From an uncultured Chloroflexia bacterium (GTDB lineage: Bacteria; Chloroflexota; Limnocylindria; Limnocylindrales; CSP1-4): a stretch of DNA of 64,000 nt. Positions 52,687 through 64,000 of this stretch are shown piece by piece. Numbering within the stretch: the stretch's first letter is position 1; the number at the start of each line of letters is the position of its first letter. The stretch is taken from NCBI GenBank assembly GCA_963748625.1, contig CAVVJT010000002.1, positions 64,001 to 128,000 of the forward strand. Reading direction: 5' to 3'. The translations under genes and the position numbers were made by a program. The notes under the pieces were generated by a model. It saw nothing but the letters and a program-made list of their open reading frames with translations, did no database searches and was not told the DNA's origin.

Positions 52687-54027
52687 GTGATCGACACGGG
52701 CCTGCCGATTCTCGCGGTACCGGCCAACCTGACCGCGTACCTGTCGATCGCGGCCTTCGGGATGGCGATCCTGGCGGCCCTGCTCACGCCGCTCCTCGCC
52801 CGCCTGGACCAGCTCGCGCCGTGGAAGGGGCCGCTGCGCCTCGTCCCCTATGCCCTCCTGCTTGCCGGCGCCGGCATGGCGATCGCGTCGGCGGTGCTGG
52901 GCGTCGCGGGCGGCAGCCGGGCCGGTGTGCGGGAGGTGGTCGCGGTCGCGCTTGCGCTGCTGTGCGTCACGCCCGTCGTCGGCGTCGGTCTCGTCCGCCT
53001 GCGATATGGGTCACCCGGCAGGCGCACCTTTCACCAGCAGATCGCCGCCAACCAGGGCTCGTCGATCCTGCTGGTGCTGGTGCTGTTCGAGATCGTCGCG
53101 GTGACCGCGTTCCTGATCGGGGCGGCGGTGGGCGTTGCGTTCGAGTCCGCGCTCGTCGGCGGCCTGCTCGTGGCCGGCGTGTCGCTGGCGGTGACGGCGG
53201 GTGCGACCTGGTTCGCAATCTTCCACGGTGGCGGCTTCGTGCTCGATGCGCAGAAGGCCAAGGAGGCGGCCGGCGGCCCGAAGGAGGTCCAGCTGCGCAA
53301 CATCGTGCGGGAGATGGCCATCGCGGCCAACGTCCCGGAGCCAAAGGTCTACGTGATCGACGTGCCCGGGGCGAACGCGTTCTCCGTGGGGCGCGATCCG
53401 CAGCATGCGTCCGTGGCCGTGACCCGCGGCCTGCTCGACCGCCTGGACCGCGAGGAGCTCCAGGGGGTGATCGCGCACGAGCTGGCGCACGTGGCCAACT
53501 TCGACTCCCGCCATGCTGTCCTCGTGGCGTTCATGGTCGGCGCAGTCGTCGTGCTCACCGACCTCTTCTTCGCCCTCGTCCTGGAGCTCGCCCAGCATCC
53601 ACCCACCGACTTCGACGACATCCGGGCGATGGCCGCCGGGCTTGCGCTGTGGGGCGTGGTCGTGGTGGTCGGACTGGTGGTGGGCGGGCTGCTGAAGCTG
53701 TGCGCGCCGTTCGCGGCGCTGGCGGTCCAGGCGGCGATCAGCCGCGATCGCGAGTACCTCGCGGATGCCACCGCTGTCCAGATCACCCGCAACCCGCAGG
53801 GCCTGATCGAGGCGTTGGGCAAGTTGGAGGAGACCCGGCCGGCCATGACGGACGCCAACCGCGGCATCCAGCACCTGTGGATCGTGAACCCGGTCCGCGA
53901 TGGTCACTCGGGCGGGCGGGGCTGGTTCGACACGCACCCGGCGACCGCCGACCGCATCGTGCGCCTGCGCGAGCTGGCGGGCCAGGCCGCGACCGAGACC
54001 TCGCCGGAGGCCCTGGCCGGCGGCTGA
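52687..54027 (+). CDS. htpX: M48 zinc metalloprotease (HtpX-like) with extra N-terminal TM segments
   Basis: NAFSVG, ELQGVIAHELAH, SRDREYLAD, THP...RI. Confidence 0.85.
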   Translation: MIDTGLPILAVPANLTAYLSIAAFGMAILAALLTPLLARLDQLAPWKGPLRLVPYALLLAGAGMAIASAVLGVAGGSRAGVREVVAVALALLCVTPVVGVGLVRLRYGSPGRRTFHQQIAANQGSSILLVLVLFEIVAVTAFLIGAAVGVAFESALVGGLLVAGVSLAVTAGATWFAIFHGGGFVLDAQKAKEAAGGPKEVQLRNIVREMAIAANVPEPKVYVIDVPGANAFSVGRDPQHASVAVTRGLLDRLDREELQGVIAHELAHVANFDSRHAVLVAFMVGAVVVLTDLFFALVLELAQHPPTDFDDIRAMAAGLALWGVVVVVGLVVGGLLKLCAPFAALAVQAAISRDREYLADATAVQITRNPQGLIEALGKLEETRPAMTDANRGIQHLWIVNPVRDGHSGGRGWFDTHPATADRIVRLRELAGQAATETSPEALAGG

Positions 54028-54058
54028 AGAGGCGGGAGCCCGGAGGCCCTGGCCGGGA

Positions 54059-54925
54059 CTAGCGGGGCGGGCGGCCCGTGATCCTGGGCTTGGCCTTCCA
54101 GCGCCACCACGTCTTGGTGAGGTTGAGTCCGTGCCGCGGTGAGGCCCACGGGGGCAGCTTTGCGGCGCCGTTCTTGTAGCGGGCGCGGTAGACCTCGCGG
54201 ACCTGCTTCACCCGGAACGTGGGCGAGGTTGAGAGCCCGCCCGCGGCCATGTCCACGACCACGACGTCGATCCGGGCCGGCTGCTCCCGCGCGAACGCGC
54301 GCAGGAGGAACTCGTAGTCACCCGAGATCCGGAAGCTCGTGTCGAAGCCGCCGACGTCGTCGAAGACGGTGCGGTGGTGGAAGGTGGCCGGATGGGGGAC
54401 CATCTCGCCGCGCCGGAAGCGCCGCCGCTTCCCCTTGCCCCAGTCCCGGCTCCGGTTGTGCCAGATGGTGCCATCGGGCTTGTGGAACATCACGCTGCCG
54501 TAGAGGATCCGGTGCTCGCCCGCATCCGCCACAAGTGCTGCGGCCACCTGCGCCATGACGTCGGGCGCGTGGTACCGGTCGTCTGCACCGAGGAAGCAGA
54601 TGAAGTCCCCGGTGGCGTGCGCGAGGCCCGTGTTCCAGGCGTCGAACACGCCCTTGTCCGGGCCGGACGCCCACCAGCCGATGCGGCCCGCGTTCCGCTC
54701 CAGGATCGCCACGGTGCCATCGGTTGACCCGCCGTCCGCGATGACAACCTCGAGGTTGTCGTAGGTCTGCTCGAAGATGCTGTCGAGCGCTGCCTGGAGG
54801 GTCCCGACGGCATTCCACACCGCCATCACGACGCTGATCCGGGGCCCGCGTCCGGCGTCGGCGAGGTTGGCGCCGGTCGTGGCCGGCGTGGGGGTTCCCG
54901 GGAGGTCGGAGGCCTGCTCGCTCAT
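54059..54925 (-). CDS. GT2 glycosyltransferase (WfgS/WcaE-like)
   Basis: DGGSTDGT, DKGVFDAWN, FLGADD, HPATF, DYEF. Confidence 0.9.
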   Translation of the reverse strand: MSEQASDLPGTPTPATTGANLADAGRGPRISVVMAVWNAVGTLQAALDSIFEQTYDNLEVVIADGGSTDGTVAILERNAGRIGWWASGPDKGVFDAWNTGLAHATGDFICFLGADDRYHAPDVMAQVAAALVADAGEHRILYGSVMFHKPDGTIWHNRSRDWGKGKRRRFRRGEMVPHPATFHHRTVFDDVGGFDTSFRISGDYEFLLRAFAREQPARIDVVVVDMAAGGLSTSPTFRVKQVREVYRARYKNGAAKLPPWASPRHGLNLTKTWWRWKAKPRITGRPPR

Positions 54926-55031
54926 CGGATCATCGTAGTCCAAGGACCGCAGGCGCAGGCTCCCGCCTGCCGCCGGCCGGACTGCGTCGTTGGTGGAGAT
55001 CGCTGCACGGCGTGCTAGCCTCGAAGGCAAG

Positions 55032-56492
55032 ATGGCTGGACCGCCCCCGACAACGTCCGAGGCTGAGGGGCACCCGCTGCGGATCGTGCTGGTGACCAAG
55101 CATGCCCGCGGGGGTGGCGCCGAGCGGATCGCCGTGCAACTGCAGCAGGGCATGTGGCGGCATGGTCAGCGGGCATGGCTCGCGACGGCAAAGGGTGACC
55201 TCGCAGACGCCACCGTGCTGCGCATCCCGCGTGGTCGGCCGCGGGGCGGCAGGGCAGGGTTCCGGTTGCGAGAAGTCGCCAACAGGGTCGGGCGGCACGG
55301 CGGCAGCCCCCTGCACCAGGCGGCGCAGGCCGGGCTCCGCGCAGCCTCTGACCCGCAGGGCTGGTGGCGGAACCGCCGCGGCCGCGAACGGTTCGACTAC
55401 CCCGGCACGGCCGCTATCCCCGACATGGCCCCCGAGCAGCCGGACCTGATCCACTGCCACAACCTGCACGGCGGGTACTTCGACCTGCGCCAGCTGGCGC
55501 CGATGAGCCGGCGCCTGCCGGTCGCCCTCACCCTGCACGACCAGTGGACGTTCACCGGCCACTGCGCGCACGGGCTCGCTTGTGAGCGCTGGCGGACCGG
55601 ATGCGGCGCCTGCCCTGACCTGACCATCTACCCGGCGATCGGCCACGACGGGACCCGGGCGAACCTGGCCGCCAAGGCAGGAATCTACGCACGGAGCCGG
55701 CTGTACGTCACCACGCCGTCGCGCTGGCTGATGGACAGGGCCCGCGACTCGGTCCTGGCCGCCGGTACCCACGGCTGGGCGGTGATCCCCAACGGCGTGG
55801 ACCTGGCCGTGTTCACGCCGGGCGACCAGGCGGCCGCTCGAGCCCGGCTCGGGCTGCCGCAGGACGCGCACATCCTGCTCTTCACCGCCAACTGGGCACG
55901 TCGTAGCCCGTTCAAGGACTGGGAGACCGTGTCCGGGGCGGCGGAGCGTGCGGCATCGCTGGTCGCCGATCGTCCCGTCCTCTGCATCGCGCTGGGCGAG
56001 GAGGCGCCACCGGTCAGGTTCCCCGGTGGCGAGCTCCGCTTCGTGCCGTACCACGACGATATCGAGGACGTCGTCGCGTTCTACCGGAGCGCCGACCTGT
56101 ACCTGCATGCCGCCAAGGCCGAGACCTTCCCCACCACGATCCTCGAGGCGTTCGCCTGCGGGGTACCGGTCGTCGCAACGGCGGTCGGCGGCATTCCCGA
56201 GCAGGTGCGGAGCCTCGCAGGCGCCCCCGGGTCATGGGCCGGTGTGGCGGCAGGGTCCAGCCAGGCGACCGGGATTCTTGTCGCCCAGGGTGACGCCAGT
56301 GCGATGGGTGCTGCGACCGCAGCCCTGCTCGCGGACCCGGAGCTGCGCGGGGTTCTTGCGGCGAACGCACGAGAGGACGCCTGCCTCCGTTTCGACGCCG
56401 AGGCGCAGGTCACGGCGACGCTCGCGTGGTACCGCGAGATCATCGGGGACTGGCGAGCGTGGGCGGCGGTGCGATCGGCATCCGGCAGCTGA
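55032..56492 (+). CDS. GT4 glycosyltransferase (WcaC-like)
   Basis: GGGAE, HNLHGGY, TLHDQWTFTGHCAH..C..W..GC..CP, ETFPTTILEA, VGGIPE. Confidence 0.9.
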   Translation: MAGPPPTTSEAEGHPLRIVLVTKHARGGGAERIAVQLQQGMWRHGQRAWLATAKGDLADATVLRIPRGRPRGGRAGFRLREVANRVGRHGGSPLHQAAQAGLRAASDPQGWWRNRRGRERFDYPGTAAIPDMAPEQPDLIHCHNLHGGYFDLRQLAPMSRRLPVALTLHDQWTFTGHCAHGLACERWRTGCGACPDLTIYPAIGHDGTRANLAAKAGIYARSRLYVTTPSRWLMDRARDSVLAAGTHGWAVIPNGVDLAVFTPGDQAAARARLGLPQDAHILLFTANWARRSPFKDWETVSGAAERAASLVADRPVLCIALGEEAPPVRFPGGELRFVPYHDDIEDVVAFYRSADLYLHAAKAETFPTTILEAFACGVPVVATAVGGIPEQVRSLAGAPGSWAGVAAGSSQATGILVAQGDASAMGAATAALLADPELRGVLAANAREDACLRFDAEAQVTATLAWYREIIGDWRAWAAVRSASGS

Positions 56493-56532
56493 TCCGGCAC
56501 CCCCGCCGGGACTGTCGCGTGCGGCGGGATGG

Positions 56533-58486
<1,954 letters not shown>

Positions 58487-58592
58487 CGGGGACTCCTGCG
58501 TGGTCAGTGGGTGTGCGACGTAAGGTTCCGGCTGGCGGAGGGCCTGAGTATCGCACCGCCTCGCGAGGTGACTGCGCAATGATCGGGCCCGA

Positions 58593-60056
58593 TCAACTCC
58601 GGCTCTTCCGTGAGGCGAGCCAGGCCGCCTTCTCCTCGTCCGACACGTTCGCCCAGTCGTCGGGGGCGTCGTCGGGGTCGAGGGGCTCCTGCGGCGGCCG
58701 GAGGTCGGCGGGGACGTGCTGGAGGTTGATCCGCAGGCGGTACCAGGCGTAGGTGCGGCCGCGCATCGCCGTTTCGATGAGATCCGCCGGTTCGAGGTGC
58801 GCGGCCGCCTCGGGGTGACGGGCCTTCCAGCGCTCCAGCCCCTCGTGCAGTGCGGCCTTCGACTGGGCCCGGCCCAGCTCGATCACCGGGATGCTCGAGC
58901 GCCTGCGGCCGGTGGGCGAGGGCCGGGACCCGGTGCCCTCCCACTCGGTCGGCAGCCCGGCGTTCGGGTCGCCCGCCGCGACGGCCGCGGAGCGCGCCTC
59001 CGCCACCTCGGGCGGCGGTCCGCCGTCCTTGCCGCGACCTTCGTACTCGGTGTCGGCGCGGCGCTTGCGCGATGGCTGGACCCGGGGCGGCTCGCCCGCC
59101 TGCTTCGCGTAGTTGGGCGGCCAGGGGGCGTCGCCCATGCCCTCGGCCTCGTCGCGGGCGGAGAGCTCCAGCAGCGCATCCAGCGAGCCCACCGCGTCGT
59201 CGATGCCGGCGCCGGCATCACCGCGTGCAGCGAAGAGCGCCGGGACCGTGGCCAGGGTGAAGTCCTCGGCGATCACGTCGGGCACATCCTCCCAGCGCAA
59301 CGGGAACGAGACGCGGGCGTCGGGGGTGGGCCGGACCGAGTAGGCGGACGCGACGGTGCGGTCCTTCGCGTTCTGGTTGTAGTCGATGAAGACGCCGTGC
59401 CGCTCCTCCTTCCACCACTTCGAGGTGGCGAGGGCCGGCGCGCGCCGCTCGATGTCCCGCGCAAGCGCGAGGGCGGCGCGCCGCACCTGGGGGAACGTCC
59501 AGCGCGGCTCGATGCGCACGTTGATGTGGATGCCACGCGAGCCCGACGTCTTCGGCCAGCCCACGAGACCTACCGCCTCGAGCGAATCACGGGCGACCAG
59601 GGCGACCTCGCGGATCTGCGACCAGGGCACGCCCGGCACCGGATCGAGGTCCACGCGCAGCTCGTCGGGGTGGTCGAGGTCCTCCGCCCGGACCGGGTGC
59701 GGGTTGAGGTCGAGGCAGCCCAGGTTGGCGATCCACGCGAGGCCTGCCGCCTCGTCGATGACCAGCTCGTCTGCCGTGCGGCCGGACGGGAACGTGAGCG
59801 TCGCCGTTCGCAGCCAGTCCGGCCGGTTCTCCGGGGCCCGCTTCTGGAAGAAGGGCTCCTTCTCGGCCCCGTCCACGAACCGCTTGAGCGCCATCGGCCG
59901 GCCCCGGACGCCCAGCAGTGCGCCGTCGGCTACGGCCACGAAGTACCGCACGAGGTCCAGCTTCGTGTAGCCCGCCTGCGGGAAGTAGACCTTGTCGGGG
60001 TTGCTGACGGCGACCTCCCGGCCGCCGATGACGAGGAGCTCTTTGCGGGTGGCCAT
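58593..60056 (-). CDS. Stand-alone LigD-type primase-polymerase (Prim-PolC-like) with C-terminal extension
   Basis: [50 protein letters not shown]. Confidence 0.9.
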   Translation of the reverse strand: MATRKELLVIGGREVAVSNPDKVYFPQAGYTKLDLVRYFVAVADGALLGVRGRPMALKRFVDGAEKEPFFQKRAPENRPDWLRTATLTFPSGRTADELVIDEAAGLAWIANLGCLDLNPHPVRAEDLDHPDELRVDLDPVPGVPWSQIREVALVARDSLEAVGLVGWPKTSGSRGIHINVRIEPRWTFPQVRRAALALARDIERRAPALATSKWWKEERHGVFIDYNQNAKDRTVASAYSVRPTPDARVSFPLRWEDVPDVIAEDFTLATVPALFAARGDAGAGIDDAVGSLDALLELSARDEAEGMGDAPWPPNYAKQAGEPPRVQPSRKRRADTEYEGRGKDGGPPPEVAEARSAAVAAGDPNAGLPTEWEGTGSRPSPTGRRRSSIPVIELGRAQSKAALHEGLERWKARHPEAAAHLEPADLIETAMRGRTYAWYRLRINLQHVPADLRPPQEPLDPDDAPDDWANVSDEEKAAWLASRKSRS

Positions 60057-60191
60057 GCGGTTCAGCCTACCCGGCCGCCGCAAGGCGGGGCGCGCGGCAC
60101 CAGTAGCTGCCGGCCATGGATGCCGGCCATGGATGCCGGCCGGCGCGCCCGCGCTGCATCGCTGCGCCCTCACCCGCTACCGTAGTGCGTC

Positions 60192-60878
60192 ATGCACGAC
60201 GACACACCGCCGATGGGCGAGGAGACGCCCGAAGCCCGCGAGCACTACTGGGACGAGTACTACGCCGCCCGGACGACGACCATACGGAGGCTGCCGTCGC
60301 AGTTCGCCGTCTTTGTCGCCGGTGAGCTCGAGCAGCGGCACCGGATCATCGAGCTCGGCTGCGGCAACGGCCGCGACTCGATGTTCTTCGCGAGCTACGG
60401 CCACGATGTCGTGGGGGTTGACGCATCGCACGCCGCGATCGACGGCTGCCGGACCATGGCGCAGGCCCTGGGCGAGCGGGCAACGTTCATCGTCTCGCGG
60501 ATCGAGGACCCCGAGCTCGCGGGCCTCGTCCGTGGCGAGACCGGACCGCGCCTGGTGTACGCCAGGTTCTTCCTCCACGCGATCACGGAACCCGAGGAGG
60601 ACGCGCTCCTGGGCCTCGCCTCCGCCATCACCGAGGCCGGTGACCTGCTCGCTGTCGAGTACCGCACGGTGCGCGACTCCAGCGGCGCGAAGGTCACCGA
60701 GCAGCACTACCGGCGCTTCGTGCTGCCGGCCGCCTTCGAGGCCCGTGCGCTCGGCCGCGGTTTCGACGTCATCTACTCGGTCGAGGGCTTCGGCTTCGCC
60801 AAGTTCCGGCAGGACGATGCCTACGTGGCACGCACCCTGCTCCGGCGCAGGACGCAGGGCTCGAGCGCCGGCGAATGA
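60192..60878 (+). CDS. Class I SAM-dependent methyltransferase
   Basis: IELGCGNGRDS, GVDAS, YARFFLHAI, HYRRF. Confidence 0.88.
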   Translation: MHDDTPPMGEETPEAREHYWDEYYAARTTTIRRLPSQFAVFVAGELEQRHRIIELGCGNGRDSMFFASYGHDVVGVDASHAAIDGCRTMAQALGERATFIVSRIEDPELAGLVRGETGPRLVYARFFLHAITEPEEDALLGLASAITEAGDLLAVEYRTVRDSSGAKVTEQHYRRFVLPAAFEARALGRGFDVIYSVEGFGFAKFRQDDAYVARTLLRRRTQGSSAGE

Positions 60879-62254
60879 CGGCAGGGCGGGCCGGGACCGG
60901 CGCCACGGGTGGCCTCCCTGGCGAGGTCGGGCGGCTGCTCGCCATTGCGACCGAGCGGTTCGCCGATCTCGGCTTCCTCGCGCCGGCCGGGACGCTGGAC
61001 CTGACGCTCACCTCGGGCTCGATTCGCGGCCTGCGGCTCGAGGCCCCCGGCGACGCGGAGCTGCATCTCCAGAAGCTCCGGATCGATGTGGACGGGATCG
61101 AGGATGCGGCCACACTCGCCGCGCTGACCGAGGCTGCCATCAGCGGTCCGGTGGCGGCCAGCGGTTCGGGGGATGCCGGGGGGCTGGTGGACATCGTGGG
61201 CCTCCTTGGCCCGGGGCGGCCATCGGGCGTCATCGTCCATGCGAGTGGGGGGGATCCGGCCTGGATTGAGCTTCGGTTCGCCCAGCCGGTCGCCGCGCGC
61301 GCCATCCACCTCGTCAATGCGCCCGACGAGACCGCCCGCCTGGCACGAGGGCTGCGCGTGGCCACGAAGAGCCGCTGGCGCAGCGACACGATCTACCGGG
61401 GCGGCGCGCAGCTGCGGGCGTGGAAGGAGCTGGTCACCCCCGCGAAGGCCGCGGCCGAGACGGCCGGCGACACCGACCAGGCCGGACTCCTCACCGTGCT
61501 GGACCTGACCGTGCGCGCGGAGTACGTGCGGGCGACGCGGCAGCTGCAGGCCAAGGTCGCTGACAACGAGCTGCGGCGCGCCTTCCGGACGGCGATCAAC
61601 GCCTCCCTGATGCCCGCGCGGCGCCTCGAGTGGACCGACCACGGGCCGCACCGCACGTTCCGCTGGTGGAGCGACGAGGAACGGGTGGAGTACGTGAAGG
61701 AGGCGATGGAGGTGGTCGATGCCCTCCGGACCCTCACGCCGAACGTCTGCCTCGGCTTCGGGTCGGTGCTGTCCGTCGTGCGCGACAGGGCACTCATCCC
61801 CCATGACGACGACCTGGACATCATCATCGCCTTCGAGCCGCACGAGGCGGCCTCCATCGCCGACGGACTGGCGCGGATCGAGGGACACCTGGGCGGGTAC
61901 GGTCTGGCGGCCACCAGCACCAACCCCTCGCACCGCCACGTCCGGAGGACCGGCCGCAAGCCCGTGGATGTGTTCGTCGGACTGTTCGAAGGTGACGCGG
62001 TCTCCTGGTTCCCGAGCGCGCGTGGCGGCCTGACGCGGGAGATCGTGTTCCCGCCGGCTATGTCCGAGTTGCTCGGCGTGCCATGCCCCATCCCGGCCCA
62101 GCCGGAGGTCTACCTCGAGCGGGTGTACGGCGCCGGCTGGCGGGTACCGGATCCGCTCTTCCGCCATCCGTGGAACAAGACCGATTACGCCGACATCGCG
62201 GGCGCTGTGCCGCCTGCGTCCGACGCCCAGGGCGAGGCCGAGATTACGCGCTGA
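60875..62254 (+). CDS. LicD-family phosphotransferase with N-terminal beta-rich (discoidin-like) region
   Basis: GSVLSVVR..LIPHDDDLDI, VDVF, YLERVYGAGWRVP; ATGA overlap with the methyltransferase. Confidence 0.82.
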   Translation: MTAGRAGTGATGGLPGEVGRLLAIATERFADLGFLAPAGTLDLTLTSGSIRGLRLEAPGDAELHLQKLRIDVDGIEDAATLAALTEAAISGPVAASGSGDAGGLVDIVGLLGPGRPSGVIVHASGGDPAWIELRFAQPVAARAIHLVNAPDETARLARGLRVATKSRWRSDTIYRGGAQLRAWKELVTPAKAAAETAGDTDQAGLLTVLDLTVRAEYVRATRQLQAKVADNELRRAFRTAINASLMPARRLEWTDHGPHRTFRWWSDEERVEYVKEAMEVVDALRTLTPNVCLGFGSVLSVVRDRALIPHDDDLDIIIAFEPHEAASIADGLARIEGHLGGYGLAATSTNPSHRHVRRTGRKPVDVFVGLFEGDAVSWFPSARGGLTREIVFPPAMSELLGVPCPIPAQPEVYLERVYGAGWRVPDPLFRHPWNKTDYADIAGAVPPASDAQGEAEITR

Positions 62255-62354
62255 CGGACCAGCGGTCATCCACGGTGGCTGTCGATTCGGGGGCTTGCCA
62301 CTCGTCGGTACGATAACGGCCCGGAGACGCCGGCCGAGAGGGAGACCGCTGACG

Positions 62355-62702
62355 ATGCGCTACCTGCTCATGATCTACGAGGATCCCGCCACTGCCCCGC
62401 GGACACCCGACGCGTGGAACGCGATGATGGGCGAGTACGGCGCCTTCACGGGCTGGCTCCAGGAGACGGGCCAGTTCCTGGGCGGCGAGGCGCTCAAGGA
62501 CGTCGCCGACGCCACCACGGTCGCCGTGCGCGATGGGCGCCGGATCGTCACCGACGGCCCGTTCGCCGAGACCAAGGAGCACCTGGGCGGCTACTACCTG
62601 GTCCAGGCGGCCGATCTCGACGCGGCGATCGAGGCGGCGGCCCGCATCCCGGGCGCGAAGCTCGGCAGGGTCGAGATCCGCCCGATCATGGAGATGGGCT
62701 GA
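62355..62702 (+). CDS. YciI/DGPF-family protein
   Basis: TDGPFAETKEHLGGYY, VEIRP; GGAG RBS. Confidence 0.93.
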   Translation: MRYLLMIYEDPATAPRTPDAWNAMMGEYGAFTGWLQETGQFLGGEALKDVADATTVAVRDGRRIVTDGPFAETKEHLGGYYLVQAADLDAAIEAAARIPGAKLGRVEIRPIMEMG

Positions 62703-62779
62703 CGGCAGGAGCAGGGCCCGGCCCTGGCCCTGGCGTACCGGTGAGGGTCCAGGACTCCGGCAAGGGTCCCGGTGCCGCG

Positions 62780-64000
62780 GTGACGGAGGGAGCGGCGCGG
62801 GCGTCGGCCGACGAAGCGGTCGTCCGCGTCTTCCGCGAGGAGCACGGGCGCGCGCTTGCCACCCTGATTCGCGTCCTGAGGGACTTCGACGCCGCCGAGG
62901 AGGCCGTGGCCGACGCCTACGTGGCGGCCCTCGAACGCTGGCCGCTCGAGGGCATCCCTGCGAAACCCGCCGCCTGGATCACGACGACCGCCCGCAACCG
63001 GGCGATCGACCGGCTGCGTCGCGCTCGCCGGTTTGCCGACCGGGCCCCGATCCTCGCCCGGGACGCTGCCTTCGACGACGAGGCCCGGGCCCAGGCGCTG
63101 CTCACTGCCGCGGAGGACGACATGGAGCCGATCCCCGATGACCAGCTCCGCCTGATCTTCACCTGCTGCCACCCGGCGCTCGCGCCCGAGGCCGCCGTCG
63201 CGCTCACGCTGCGGTCGCTCGGCGGCCTCACCACGCCGGAGATCGCCCGGGCCTTCCTCGTCCCGGAGGCGACCCTGGCCCAGCGGCTCGTCCGCGCGAA
63301 GCGCAAGATCCGCGAGGCCGGCATCGCGTACGAGATCCCGCACGGCGACCGCTTGGCCAACCGGCTGGACGCGGTCCTGCGCGTCATCTACCTCGTCTTC
63401 AACGAGGGCTATGAAGCATCCTCGGGCGATGCCCTCATCCGGCGCGACCTGTGCGCGGAGGCGATCCGGCTCGCCCGCGTCGTGGCCTCGCTGCTTCCCG
63501 GCGAGCCCGAGGCGCTGGGGCTGCTCGCGCTACTCCTCCTCACCGACGCCCGGCGACCGGCCCGTGAGGGTGGCGATGGAGCGATCGTGCTGCTCGAGCG
63601 CCAGGACCGGACGCGCTGGGACGCGGAGCGGATCGCCGAGGGGCGGGCGCTCGTGGAGCAAGCGCTGCGGATGGGCCGGGTGGGCCCCTACCAGCTGCAG
63701 GCTGCCATCGCCGCTGTGCACGACGAGGCGCCCGACGCAGCCTCGACCGACTGGCTGCAGATCCTGGGTCTGTACGAGGTGCTCATGCGTGTGGCGCCGT
63801 CACCGGTCGTGGCGCTCAATCGGGCGGTGGCGGTGGCGCAGGTGCGCGGGCCTGAGGCCGGTCTCGCAGCGGTCGATGCGCTGGAGGGCGATCCCGCGAT
63901 GGATGCCTACCGCTTCCTGCACGCGACGCGGGCGGAGCTGTTGCGAAGGCTCGGGCGGACGGCTGAAGCGGTGGAGGCCTACGACCGGGCGCTGGCGCTG
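62780..64000 (+). CDS. ECF sigma factor with C-terminal TPR-like extension (ECF42-type); runs off the window
   Basis: Manual translation: VFREEHGRALATLIRVLRDFDAAEEA, WITTTARNRAID, DDQLRLIFTCCHPAL, QRLVRAKRKI, YLVFNEGY, GPYQLQAAIAAVH; follows a DGPF gene. Confidence 0.9.
   Translation, partial: MTEGAARASADEAVVRVFREEHGRALATLIRVLRDFDAAEEAVADAYVAALERWPLEGIPAKPAAWITTTARNRAIDRLRRARRFADRAPILARDAAFDDEARAQALLTAAEDDMEPIPDDQLRLIFTCCHPALAPEAAVALTLRSLGGLTTPEIARAFLVPEATLAQRLVRAKRKIREAGIAYEIPHGDRLANRLDAVLRVIYLVFNEGYEASSGDALIRRDLCAEAIRLARVVASLLPGEPEALGLLALLLLTDARRPAREGGDGAIVLLERQDRTRWDAERIAEGRALVEQALRMGRVGPYQLQAAIAAVHDEAPDAASTDWLQILGLYEVLMRVAPSPVVALNRAVAVAQVRGPEAGLAAVDALEGDPAMDAYRFLHATRAELLRRLGRTAEAVEAYDRALAL

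Noticed and set aside
62355-64000. YciI plus TPR-extended sigma factor as a novel system
   Set aside because: This is the known DGPF-protein/ECF42 arrangement.

Overview
A very GC-rich, gene-dense bacterial chromosome segment with about 55 CDS and one tRNA-Glu(TTC). Lipoprotein-anchored binding proteins, a PASTA kinase, LigC/Prim-Pol and an ECF42-type sigma factor suggest a monoderm such as Chloroflexota or Actinomycetota; this is inference only. In order: kbl-tdh threonine catabolism; a LacI-controlled maltodextrin/starch locus (ABC binding protein, 2 permeases, 2 tandem GH13 enzymes, a lipoprotein amylopullulanase); tRNA-Glu; a module of Zn-finger protein, BldC/Xis-like HTH regulator and polytopic membrane protein; an orphan NarL regulator; galU; pknB; small Cys-rich unknowns; folC-folP-folB; an OmpR regulator-kinase-htrA operon in which htrA is frameshifted in a tandem repeat; rplY; usp plus malic enzyme; a peptide-type ABC operon with three embedded amide hydrolases; ligC-htpX; glycosyltransferases with gmd-fcl; a stand-alone LigD-type Prim-Pol; methyltransferase-LicD; and YciI plus an ECF42 sigma factor (truncated). 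No integrase, transposase, CRISPR array or rRNA is visible. Best leads: the BldC-like regulator with a CTAG-repeat operator and coupled membrane protein, pervasive leaderless promoters, the htrA repeat frameshift, a Cys4 ORF coupled to folC, and the LicD/methyltransferase pair. Several start codons were re-picked by eye from RBS, overlap or -10 evidence. Family assignments come from motif recognition, not database searches.
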